Positions 54,301 through 63,785 of a stretch of DNA of 64,000 nucleotides are shown in pieces. The notes below the pieces were generated by a model. The model did not search any database and was not told the DNA's origin. It saw only the letters and a list, made by a program, of their open reading frames with translations. Within the stretch, counting starts at the first letter, position 1. The number at the start of each line of letters is the position of its first letter. This stretch comes from an uncultured delta proteobacterium (GTDB lineage: Bacteria; Desulfobacterota; Desulfomonilia; UBA1062): the NCBI GenBank assembly GCA_963785235.1, contig CAWAUM010000010.1, positions 64,001 through 128,000 of the forward strand, written 5' to 3'. The position numbers were made by a program, and so were the translations under genes.

Positions 54301-54899
54301 CGTGTGGGAATGATCTGTGATGCCAGGTTCCTCTGGCGCGCCAGGCCCATGAACCATTCCGGGCTCACCTTGCGGCCGCGGCAAAAGGCGATGAACTCAG
54401 GCACGGCCGCTGCCGTGATGCGCATGCGGTAGAAGTCGTCCGCCACACAGGCAATCATGTCTGCCTGGTCCGTGACCAGCTCGGTCTCGAAGGGGCTGAG
54501 CGTCTCGAAGGCCAGTTCCTTGAGCATGCGCTGGCAGAAGCCGTGGATGGTGGAGATGGCGGTCTCGTCGAACCTTGCCAGGGCGTCGTCCAGGATGCCG
54601 AGCGCCTGTGCCCGGTTTTCCACCTTCTCCAGGAGCCAGGCTATGAAGGGATCGTCGGAGGCACCGCGCGCAAACGCATCACGGGCCTGGCGCACCTTGT
54701 CCCTGATGCGGGTCTTGAGCTCGTCGGTGGCCGGGACGGTGTAGGTGACCACGAGGATCGACTCCACGGGCATGTGCTGCTCCAGGAGGAGCCGCAGGAA
54801 GAGCGATGCAATGGTGTAGGTCTTGCCCGTGCCCGCGCTCGCCTCGATGAGGTGCGTGCCGGAAAGGCCTAAGCCGGTGAGGTCCAGGGGCTCTACCAT
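51337..54899 (-). CDS. recB: Exonuclease V beta subunit, split by several apparent indels
   Basis: EASAGTGKT, TIHGFC, IDEFQDTD, GDPKQA.Y.FRGAD, TVHKSKGLEF, YVALTRA, GFMDLVF...IDWKSN in successive ORF fragments. Confidence 0.92.
51745..51782. repeat. CCCTCTCCC...GGAGAGGG palindromic element inside recB
   Basis: CCCCCTCTCCCTGTCCCTCTCCCGCAAGGGGAGAGGGG; reads PSPLAGEGQGEG in the RecB frame. Confidence 0.75.
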
Positions 54900-57800
54900 T
54901 TTCCGTTCTCCAGCCTTTCCAGGAGCGGGCCGTACACAATCATGGCCAGCTCACGAAAATCGTCATCGAAGGGGTCAGCGCCTGCAAAGCAGATCCGCAT
55001 GGCCGCATCCTCGCCTTCGCCGCTATTGTTCCAGCCTCCGGTCCATTCCTTACCCGCCGCCTGCATGGCCCGCTCCACATTGCCGGTCTTCTTCATGTGC
55101 TCTGCATAGGCATACGAGCTTTTGGGGAAGAAAGGCAGCGGCCGGCACAGGCCCTGCCAGTACACGTCCAGGAGCCCCTTCAGCACGGCAGAAGGCTCCT
55201 CCCCGGAGCTGATGCAGGCCTGCCCTGCCTTGTGGATGTGCATGCCCGCCACCTGCGCACCCGGGCTCACGGCCTTGAGCAGGAGCACGCTGACCCAGGC
55301 CCGCATGAGGTCGCCCGGTTTCAGGTCCGCATAGCGGAACGAGAGGAACCCGCCGCGGCCAAGACAGTCCACGGCCCCGGTGATGGTGAAGGCGTCCACG
55401 GCCACGCTCACCTCTTTCCTGACCATCTCATAGCCCGCCATGGCCCGCCTGATGAGCGGGAGGAAGGCATCGATCTCACTGGCAATGCCTGCAAGCGCCA
55501 GCTCTCCGGGCACGCCGTGGGGCAGCACCCCTTCGGCCCTGAGCCGCGCCACGTCCGTCTCAACTCCCTTGCCTGCCAGCCTCTCAGCCAGGATCCGCTG
55601 CTGCAGGCCGTATTGATCGAGGCCCGTTATGGCAAAGGGCTCCCGGTCGAGGAGTGCATCTTCCTCCCGGGGCAGCACTGCGCCCAGGCGGTGCCGCAGG
55701 AAGAACCGGGCCGGGTTCCGGAAGAACTCCAGGAGACGCTCCATGTCCACGCTCCGCAATTCTTCCTCGGGTTCGGAGATGCCTTACCGCCTTCCCCGGC
55801 CCTGCCTGTGATCCCGTGCGCAGCGCCCTGGCAGCGTCCGCATTGTCCCTGGAATAGCTGAACAGGCCCGTGCCTGCTGTGAAGTATTTGGGGTTGAAGG
55901 CCTGGAGGCAGTGGCGCTTCACCACGCACTGTGCTCACCGGGCCCTCCGGGCACGTAAAGGCCCTGTCCAGGTACTCCAGCAGGCTGCTCACCACCACCG
56001 AAGGCGGGATAGCGGCATTGTCCTGGATGCCCTGGCCCACATGGCTGATGAGAGCACGTTCCGGGCCGAGAGCAGGGCCTCGAGGAAGAGGTAGAGGTCG
56101 TCTTCGCGCCTGGACCGGTCGCCCTTGCGCGCCTGCATGGCCATGAGGTCGAGCCCGCTTGCGTAGTCCCTGCGGGGGAAGGATTCATGGTTCATGCCCA
56201 TGAGGCAGATCACCTTGAACGGGATGCTCCGCATGGGCAGCATGGAGCAGAAGGTGACCCCGCGCTCCAGGAACCCGGCCCCTTCCGCAGCACTGCCGAA
56301 GGCGTTGCCCAGATGGTGCCGCACCACGTCGACAGCTCACCGCGCCGGTGAACCCGGCATCCCGCGCGATCTTCTCCAGGTCCCGCACCGCGGATTTCAG
56401 CCGCAGAAACTCACGAAGGGTCTCCTCATCCGCAGCAAACAGGTCGTCGATGATCTTGAGGAGCACCTGTGACCACTCGCCAAACCCCCGCTCCTGCCTG
56501 AGCTCGTCCACTGCCGCAAAGAGCCTCTCCACGAAGTCCACGAAGCTGCCCAGGAGTTCTGCCGAGGCAGGGTCCATGCCGGCAAGGGCGCGATGCCCTC
56601 GAACAGCTCATCTCCCCCGGCCATGGCATAGCCCAGCAGGAGCCTCTTCAGGCCGAAGCCCCAGGTGTTCTCCTCGAACCCGGGCAGGCCCATCTGCTTC
56701 TTTATCACGACCGTCCCTGCCCCACCTGATATTCGCGCCTGTAACCCAGGCATGGACCTTGCGCACATCCTCCTCGTCCATGCCGAACCGGGCCCGCACC
56801 GGCGCCTTGTCCAGCAGGTCCATGACCAGCGATGCCTCAAAGCGCTGTCCGGGCAGATCGAGCACAGCCATGAGCGCATCCGCCAGCTGGGAGCTCCGCC
56901 TGAACGACCGGTCCGAGATGCTGTAGGGGATGCGGCGCGAATCCCCCTGTCCATGTCGAACACAGCCCGGATAAAGGGCGCATAGGCCTCGATATCAGGC
57001 GCCATAACCAGCACGTCCCGAGGCTCCAGCCCCTCAATTGCCATCATGCCCTTCCTGTCGTCCCCGCGAAGGCGGGGACCCAGGGATTCTGATAAAACCT
57101 GGATTCCCGCTTCCGCGGGAATGACGGATAAAGACTCGGAGGACAGAGGAGAGGGGGAACTCTCGAAGAGCCCCAGCAAGGTATCCAGCAGCACCTCCAC
57201 CTCCCGCATAGGGCTGTGACAGGAGTGCACCTGAATGGAGCAGTCACCACGCCTCCACCTCTTCAGTCCCCTCATCGCCGGTAGTCCTCAGATTCAGGAT
57301 GTCGTCCTGGACCCTTTCCAGCATGGTGGAACGCCCGCCCCCCACAAACAGATCCGTCTCCTCAGGCTCCAGATCGATGACCATGTCCAGGAAGTTCCTG
57401 CCAAGCCTGCCCATGCTGGCCAGGAGGTCGTTGCGCGATTCCATGTGCAGATCCGCCTCCGGCACCCTGGCCGCGATCCTGGTGATGCGCCTTTCCGGCA
57501 TGATGTCCGCCCAGTATTCCCTGCAGGGGTTCAGGCAGTAGAGGCTGACATCCATCAAAGCGGAAAGCCCCTTGAGCACCTCCAGATGGAATGCAGGCAG
57601 ATACGAGATGCCGAAGATGGACACCCGCTCGGGCAGCTTCGACACATCCGGCCTGCGCAAGCCCGCGGCTGAAGAGCTGCTTGAGCCGGGCACGGTGGTT
57701 CGCCGCATCCCCTTCAACAATCTTGTTCCAGAGCACGGCCTGCCAGTTCTCCGGGTAGCCCGCAGGCGCACCGCCGCCCTCTTCCCACCCCAGCACGAGC

Positions 57801-58234
57801 TCGGGCCTGAATATGACATACTGGTCATAGATGTTCGCCATCATGGCGCTGAACTGGTAGAGCTTCATGCCCGCGGTGTCGCCCTGGAGGTAGTCCCTGA
57901 TCCGGCTGAAGCCGCCCAAGCCCAGGAGCCCGGGCAGACAGTCCATGATGCGCAGCGTCATGGCATCCTTTTCGAACAGGGCGGGCTGTGTGAACCCCGG
58001 CAGGATGCGCGAGAACATGTCCAGCACAAAGGCATTGGGAAACGGCCATTTGACGTTCGCGCACACGCCACTGCTGCGCGCCAACTCCATGGAGAGCCAG
58101 CGCTGCATGCCGCGGCTCTGCACCACGATGACCTCGGGGGCCAGAGGTGAGGAGAGCGGCTCGGATAGAGACGCAGCAAGGGCCTGTGAAAGGACCTCGA
58201 GCCGGTTGCTCTCAATGAGTCTCAGGCCTGACAA
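54893..58234 (-). CDS. recC: Exonuclease V gamma subunit, split by several apparent indels
   Basis: SNRLEVL, VQSRGMQRWL, YDQY..FRP, NPCREYW, HSCHSPMREVEVL, PMRSIPF, HCLQAF, FF.NP, PLPFFP. Confidence 0.92.
57057..57125. repeat. Inverted dimer of a CGTC-tagged REP-like palindrome inside recC
   Basis: GTCGTCCCCGCGAAGGCGGGGACCCAG-15nt-CTGGATTCCCGCTTCCGCGGGAATGAC; reads VIPAEAGIQ...PRLRGDD in the RecC frame. Confidence 0.88.
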
Positions 58235-58323
58235 CAGACGCCTCCCACCATAGAATTATAGTGTGAGTAGTATAGCATGGATGGGGGTTGTCGGGAGTGG
58301 GAAAATGTTGTGGATAATTCCTT

Positions 58324-58372
58324 GGAGTTAACTGGGAGTTAACTGGGTTTAACTGGGGTTTAACTGGGGACG
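58324..58372. repeat. Four tandem 10-11-bp repeats (core TTAACTGGG) ending in GGGGACGG
   Basis: GGAGTTAACTG GGAGTTAACTG GGTTTAACTG GGGTTTAACTG GGGACG. Confidence 0.85.
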
Positions 58373-58390
58373 GGTTCACATTTCCACAAA

Positions 58391-59518
58391 TTATGTCGAG
58401 GTGTTTCCATCCGGTTGTACGAGTTCTTCCACAAGAGGATCGGTCGTCACATATTCATCCGAAGCATCTTTGAGGAGATTCGGAGGGAAGACCTTGATGA
58501 TGGCCCTGCCCCTCCGGTAAGCCCTGGGTGTCGATCCGGTCCAGCGTCTGAACGCATGATTGAACGCGCTCTGCTCGGAAAAGCCCAGCAGGAAAGCCAT
58601 GTCGATGAACGACACTTCCGGGTCCTCCAGGAGTGCGTGCACCAAATCCTTCCTCGCCCGGTCGAGCAGCTCTGTGAAGGTCGTGCCCTCTTCCTTCAGC
58701 TTCTTCTGCAAACTCCTCACGCCCACGGCCAGCTCCTTTGCCACGGCATCGATGGTGGGGCGCCGGCCGTTCATCTTTGAGAGCGTCTTCATCACCCTAT
58801 CCGACCAGGTGTCCGGGAGGTACATGTCATGGATCAGGCCCTGCGCATACCCCTCCAGCGTCTTCAGCAGCCCGGGGTCGGCCGCACGCACGGGCCGGGC
58901 TAGGTCCTCCACGGCAAGGACCAGGGCGCTCTCCTTCTGGCTGAACCTGAGCGGCGCCCGGAAGATCCGCGCATGCTCGGACACGTCATCGGGCCGTCCA
59001 TACCCGAAACGCACCTCCACGGGCCTGCACGAATCTTCCGTGAGGCGTACGAACACGGAATTCAGGACGCACAAGAGCGCCTCATCGGCATGACGGCCGA
59101 ACCGCACGTCCTTCTGTGTGATCTCCCATCCCAGCAGTGCTTGGCCCTGCCCCGACACGATCCTCGGGCGCAAAGCGTCGTTCATGAGGTTGTGGTACCT
59201 GGCCAGCGCATCCAGCGCGCTGCCCACGGTGGGGCAGTTCATCACCACCACGAAGAGGATCTGGCTTGTCGTGACGTACTGCAGCTCTTCGGCAAAGTGC
59301 AGGCCGAAGTCCTTGTCCCCTGACAGGGAGGCGACCTCGTTCCATACCCTGTTGAATACATCCCCCCTTACCCTCGCCACGTGAACGTCCGGCAGGGATA
59401 CATCCAGCCCGGCCGCAGCGAAGACGGCCTGCGCGTCGATGCCCTTGCCGGATGCATAGGCGGACAGCATCCTGAGCAAGGTGCTTGATATGGTGGCGGT
59501 TCTTTCCTGGGCCTGCAT
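58391..59518 (-). CDS. AraC-family regulator (Arabinose_bd_2 + HTH_18 type)
   Basis: D.DFGL, P..V.F, IF.AP.RF, VA.EL...VRSLQKKL.EEG, LLGFSEQSAF.HAFRRWTG.TP. Confidence 0.92.
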   Translation of the reverse strand: MQAQERTATISSTLLRMLSAYASGKGIDAQAVFAAAGLDVSLPDVHVARVRGDVFNRVWNEVASLSGDKDFGLHFAEELQYVTTSQILFVVVMNCPTVGSALDALARYHNLMNDALRPRIVSGQGQALLGWEITQKDVRFGRHADEALLCVLNSVFVRLTEDSCRPVEVRFGYGRPDDVSEHARIFRAPLRFSQKESALVLAVEDLARPVRAADPGLLKTLEGYAQGLIHDMYLPDTWSDRVMKTLSKMNGRRPTIDAVAKELAVGVRSLQKKLKEEGTTFTELLDRARKDLVHALLEDPEVSFIDMAFLLGFSEQSAFNHAFRRWTGSTPRAYRRGRAIIKVFPPNLLKDASDEYVTTDPLVEELVQPDGNTST

Positions 59519-59629
59519 AATTTCGTGGATTATCAATTAATTTTCGTCAAAAGACAAGAATACTCGGTTCCAGACCGGCTATAACGCCTTCTAGATATTT
59601 CCATACCAGTGACACGAAAGGAGAAAACC

Positions 59630-60136
59630 ATGAGCGAACGGAACATACCAGTGAACAGGAGAGTGCACTGCAACCACACCATAGAGATCGAGGCGCCTGC
59701 GGAGAAGATCTTCCCGCTGCTCTGCCCGGTGGCGGAGTACGACTGGATCGACGGCTGGGACTGCAGGCTCGTGTATACCGGAAGCGGAGTGAACGAGGAA
59801 GGCTCTATCTTCACTGAGGAAATCATGGGGCCCGTACTCGCAGGTTCGGCCGCGACCTCAACTTGGGTCACCAACCGCTATGACGTGGAGAACCACCGGA
59901 TATGGTTCGTCATCTTTATTACCGACCTGGCAGTGGTCAGGTACGATGTTGCACTCATCGAGAAGAAAAGCAGCCTGACACGCGTGGAGATGAACTTCGA
60001 GATCAGTGCCATGGACGAAAGGATCGGCGGCCTGGGCGATGAAGAAATCAGGACGCGCCTCATGACCATCGTGGCGTTTCTCTCGGCGGCACTCAAGCAC
60101 TACTGCGAGACCGGGGAGATGATGAAGGCGGCATGA
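59630..60136 (+). CDS. SRPBCC/START-like hypothetical protein
   Basis: TIEI.APAEK.FPLLCPV.EYDW..GW; C-terminal helix ALKHYCETG; divergent from araC. Confidence 0.7.
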   Translation: MSERNIPVNRRVHCNHTIEIEAPAEKIFPLLCPVAEYDWIDGWDCRLVYTGSGVNEEGSIFTEEIMGPVLAGSAATSTWVTNRYDVENHRIWFVIFITDLAVVRYDVALIEKKSSLTRVEMNFEISAMDERIGGLGDEEIRTRLMTIVAFLSAALKHYCETGEMMKAA

Positions 60137-60165
60137 TTCAGTGCAGACAGGAAAAGGATAAGGCT

Positions 60166-60582
60166 ATGCAGACCAGGATCACGATCAAGGTGCGCGGGTA
60201 CCACGCCGACGCCTTCGGGCATGTGAACCATGCGCGGTACCTGGAGTTCCTCGAAGAGGCCAGGTGGTCGTACTGTGAAGAGAACGGCATCATTGAGCGC
60301 CTCTTCTCGGCGAAGCAACTATTCCACGCCACGGTGAGTATAACCGTCAACTACAGGAGGAGCGCCGTGCCGGGAGACTCCCTCCTGATCGTTACCAGCG
60401 TATCCCAAAGGGGCGAACGGAGCTATACCATGAGCCAGCGGATCTTCCTGGGAGAGACCGACACGCTCGTTACCGATGCCGAGGTGACGAGCGTGCTGCT
60501 GGACAGGGCCGGTGTTATTGTGCCGGTCGATGACGATGTCATGCGCATATGGCCGGACCTCTTGGACTGCCCGGGGCCATGA
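60166..60582 (+). CDS. 4HBT-family acyl-CoA thioesterase (FadM/YbgC-like)
   Basis: VRGYHADAFGHVNHARYLEFLEEAR. Confidence 0.9.
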   Translation: MQTRITIKVRGYHADAFGHVNHARYLEFLEEARWSYCEENGIIERLFSAKQLFHATVSITVNYRRSAVPGDSLLIVTSVSQRGERSYTMSQRIFLGETDTLVTDAEVTSVLLDRAGVIVPVDDDVMRIWPDLLDCPGP

Positions 60583-60831
60583 GGAATGAATACGGGGTCT
60601 ATTCATTCCGATCCGGTCCGAAGATCGTCCGATACTCTGATACAGTAGATGCGAGGAGTCTGATTTCTGACATCATCACAATCCTCCTGAGAAATACTAT
60701 TTCAGTATTTCTGAAACCGATGCAGCACAATTCAGGGTAATGCGCATCCCAGCCTTGGGCGCCAGGATCAATAAAGGGTCAGGTATTTTTTTCAAAGACA
60801 ATACTCTACCCCTTTTCTCTGGATTCTCTTG

Positions 60832-61050
60832 CTATGCCGCCGGCTTCCAGTTGAAACTCAGCCTGCGTCCGCTTGCTGCACAGTCCCTCAGGTACAGGTT
60901 GATCAGGGTCTGGTAGGGGATGCCGGATTCATCGGACAGATCCTTGAAATACTGGATCGTCATTTCATCCAGCCGTATAGTCACCTGCTTTTTCAATCGT
61001 TTGGCATACGGATTCCGCTTGGCATTTGAAAAGTCATATTCCTTTCTCAT
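60832..61050 (-). CDS. brnA: BrnA-family antitoxin
   Basis: MRKEYDFS.AKRNPY...KKQVTIRLD...YFK......IPYQTLIN.YL. Confidence 0.88.
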   Translation of the reverse strand: MRKEYDFSNAKRNPYAKRLKKQVTIRLDEMTIQYFKDLSDESGIPYQTLINLYLRDCAASGRRLSFNWKPAA

Positions 61051-61139
61051 ATTCTCCACCTCTTGATGTACCCGATACCATGCTTGTGTCTGTTCGCCCT
61101 GTTCTTGTTTTCATCCCACTCAATTCGTAATGCATTCAT
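61047..61139 (-). pseudogene. brnT: BrnT toxin remnant (30 aa, internal in-frame deletion)
   Basis: MNALRIEWDENKNRANRHKHGI then GYIKRWRI*; stop overlaps the brnA start (ATGA). Confidence 0.8.
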
Positions 61140-61277
61140 ACATCATTTATAACTACATTGGCTTTACATTGCGAGTTTAACGACAAAAAGGGGACAGATT
61201 GATTTTTCTCGATTGGGCAATGGTTTGATCTGTTCTAATTGTCCCCCCCCTGTCAAGGACTGGCCCCCTTGCCTCTC

Positions 61278-62309
61278 TCAAGCCGGCCGATACCCGGTAA
61301 ATGCATAATATTTGTTGCCCGGTATAAGATCTGTCGCGCAATTGCGTTCAAAGCCAGCTTCTGACAACTGCTTCAGCATCTCATCCTTATCTGGAAGCCT
61401 CCCCCAGCCCTTGGTCGCTGCATGAATCAGATTCACAAGCTCAAACTCGATACTGCCGTTCCTGCATCCGGTGGTCAGAAGGATTCGGCCATTGGGCTTG
61501 AGAAGTTCCCGCAGATGTCTGAACAGCTCAATGCGCTCTTCGACCGGAAAATAGTATATATTGTTGTACAAGGTAACTATATCGAACAACCCAGGGTCAC
61601 GGAAATTTCTCACATCTTCAACCACTATTTTCACGCGGTCTTCCAAACCTTTTGTTTGAACATTGCTGCGGGCTATTTCTGCAACCTGCGAATCAAGCTC
61701 CAATCCGAGCGCATTGAGCCTGTTGTTCTTGTCCGCTGCATACATAACATAACCCGCATGCCCGCAACCCACTTCAAGCAATCGAGTATGTCCTGATATG
61801 GGAAAACTGCGATCGATCAGTTCAAACACAAAGGGCTCAAGGGTTCGACTTGACCGGGCGATGAGATCACCGTATTCGCTGTGCTGATAGGCAGGGTCCC
61901 AGACGAGCCCCTGTTCCAGTTTTCCAGGTGTTTGCAGAATATAGAGATGATGAAGGCCCGCAACTTCACGAACCAGGGCGCGTATCGCATCGTTTTCAGG
62001 GGCGGCCAGTTTTTTTGCCAGAAAACCCCGCAGAGAGTATCCCGCATCATCCTTTTTCAGCACACCCAGGCGGACACCCAGTCCGAGCCAGGCCTCGGTT
62101 GCATTGCAGAGAGATGGGTCTTTCGCGAATGCACCGGTGAGGCTGCCAAGCGGAACAGGACCACGGGATAACTTTCCAAGAATGACGCTGTCTGCCAATG
62201 AAGCAAAGAAACACAGACGGTAAAAAGAGGTAAACAGCATCTTGAACCGGAGCAACAGCAGCAATCTTCCGCCATTTATCAATGACGCAACTGTTCGTAA
62301 GTTCATCAT
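61278..62309 (-). CDS. Class I SAM-dependent methyltransferase with N-terminal winged-helix/dimerisation region
   Basis: LLEVGCGHA, GLELD, EDVRNF...FDIV..YNNIYYF, LKPNG; AAGGAGG RBS. Confidence 0.88.
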   Translation of the reverse strand: MMNLRTVASLINGGRLLLLLRFKMLFTSFYRLCFFASLADSVILGKLSRGPVPLGSLTGAFAKDPSLCNATEAWLGLGVRLGVLKKDDAGYSLRGFLAKKLAAPENDAIRALVREVAGLHHLYILQTPGKLEQGLVWDPAYQHSEYGDLIARSSRTLEPFVFELIDRSFPISGHTRLLEVGCGHAGYVMYAADKNNRLNALGLELDSQVAEIARSNVQTKGLEDRVKIVVEDVRNFRDPGLFDIVTLYNNIYYFPVEERIELFRHLRELLKPNGRILLTTGCRNGSIEFELVNLIHAATKGWGRLPDKDEMLKQLSEAGFERNCATDLIPGNKYYAFTGYRPA

Positions 62310-62441
62310 CCCTCCTTCATACAATGAACCCCGACCGCTTCTATGTATGCGGGGTTGGAGACAGTACCGTGCTGATGGACAGGAGCGGGAAGATCCCATT
62401 GAGGATTCCCCCGCCCTCATGTCCATACATGTCTTAGCAGC

Positions 62442-63092
62442 TCAGTAGGTCCAACCGGCGGCAAAGGCGATCAGGTTCATTATGATGGGCACTGAATAGA
62501 AAAAGACCAGGAGGCCGATCTTGGCCTTCATGGTCTTTCTCGTGATCACCCATATGGCTGCACAGAAGAAGTGGAAGTACCCGATGAGGAAGATCAGGGG
62601 GATGCCCTTGAGCGAGAGATACCAGTAGGGATACTCCCACACCAGGTGGCCGCCCATGTTCAGCAGGCACTCCACGAAGACGCAGAATACCGAATAGCCG
62701 ATGGCCCAGAACCACATCTCCGGGATACCCAGGATCTTCACCTTCTTGTTCTCGGTGAGGGTGTGGTAGAAGATGATGCCCACGATGGCGAACATGAACA
62801 TGATCTCGATGTTCCAGCCCACCATGGTGCGCAGGGCCGTATCACCCGGTGTGGTCCAGAATGCGCTGCGCTGGGTGAAGTGCAGCACCCAGCCGTTCCA
62901 GCTCTCGTTGAAGAAATCCACCCCGAAGATGGCGGCACCGGAAAATACCGCATTCCAGTTTCCGTTCTCCTTGGCCAGTTTGATCTCCTTGGTGTAGATG
63001 TAGATAACGATGGCCAGAAGCGGAATGATGTACCACTTGATCATGGTAAGGTCCCTGAGTCCGTTAAGTGCCTGCAGTGTAGCCTCGGTCAT
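62442..63092 (-). CDS. Uncharacterised multi-pass membrane protein
   Basis: About 6 hydrophobic helices, Trp-rich loops, intramembrane acidic residues; GAGGGG RBS. Confidence 0.8.
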   Translation of the reverse strand: MTEATLQALNGLRDLTMIKWYIIPLLAIVIYIYTKEIKLAKENGNWNAVFSGAAIFGVDFFNESWNGWVLHFTQRSAFWTTPGDTALRTMVGWNIEIMFMFAIVGIIFYHTLTENKKVKILGIPEMWFWAIGYSVFCVFVECLLNMGGHLVWEYPYWYLSLKGIPLIFLIGYFHFFCAAIWVITRKTMKAKIGLLVFFYSVPIIMNLIAFAAGWTY

Positions 63093-63138
63093 GGATATAC
63101 CCCCTCTTTGTGTTTTTATTTCATGCCATCAATGGCAG

Positions 63139-63738
63139 TCATACCGGAAGATCCTGGGGTGTCCTGCATATACCCCGCAGGACTATCTTCATTCCCTCCT
63201 CGTACATGCGCGCAGCGGAGATCCCCTCCGACTTCACATACCGCTTGATGAGAAACATGATGTAGATGGAGAAGAAAAGTTCAGAGGTGTGGTCCACATC
63301 AACAGGCAGGAAGCGGCCCTCGGCGATGCCCTGGGCAATGATGTTCTTGATGAGCTGCATGGCTCCGAGGTTGATTTCGTAAAAGCGGTCTTCCCGGGGG
63401 GTCAGGGTGAAGATGCTGGGGTCTTTTATCAATACGGCGCGCAGGTCCTCATGGTCCACGAGGTATTCGAATGACAGCTTCGCCATGACCGAGAACTTCC
63501 CGACCACATCGTCCACACCGGCAACGGCTTCGGCTACCGTTTCGCGCCATTGCTGCAGGGCTAGGCTCACGGCCTTTTCGTAGAGGTCACGCTTGCCGGA
63601 CACGTAGAAGTAGATATTCCCCTTGGTCATACCCACTTCTGCAGCCACATCATCCATGGTGGTCTTCTGGTACCCGAAGCGGGCGAACAGCCTCAGTGAG
63701 GCTTGAAAGATCTCATTTTGCTTTTGGTGCTTGTCCAT
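63139..63738 (-). CDS. TetR/AcrR-family regulator
   Basis: LFARFGYQKTTMDDVAAEVGMTKGNIYFY..GK..L. Confidence 0.95.
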   Translation of the reverse strand: MDKHQKQNEIFQASLRLFARFGYQKTTMDDVAAEVGMTKGNIYFYVSGKRDLYEKAVSLALQQWRETVAEAVAGVDDVVGKFSVMAKLSFEYLVDHEDLRAVLIKDPSIFTLTPREDRFYEINLGAMQLIKNIIAQGIAEGRFLPVDVDHTSELFFSIYIMFLIKRYVKSEGISAARMYEEGMKIVLRGICRTPQDLPV

Positions 63739-63748
63739 GGGCACCTTC

Positions 63749-63785
63749 AATTAATTGACTAATTGACTCAATTAGTCAATTAATT
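63749..63785. promoter_or_regulatory. Putative TetR operator: perfect 18-1-18 palindrome
   Basis: AATTAATTGACTAATTGA-C-TCAATTAGTCAATTAATT, 10 nt upstream of the tetR ATG. Confidence 0.8.

Noticed and set aside
58324-58372. CRISPR array
   Set aside because: Units are 10-11 bp with no spacers, and there are no cas genes in the window.
60583-60720. Short hairpins after the thioesterase as an ncRNA
   Set aside because: 9-10-bp stems between convergent genes are adequately explained as terminators.
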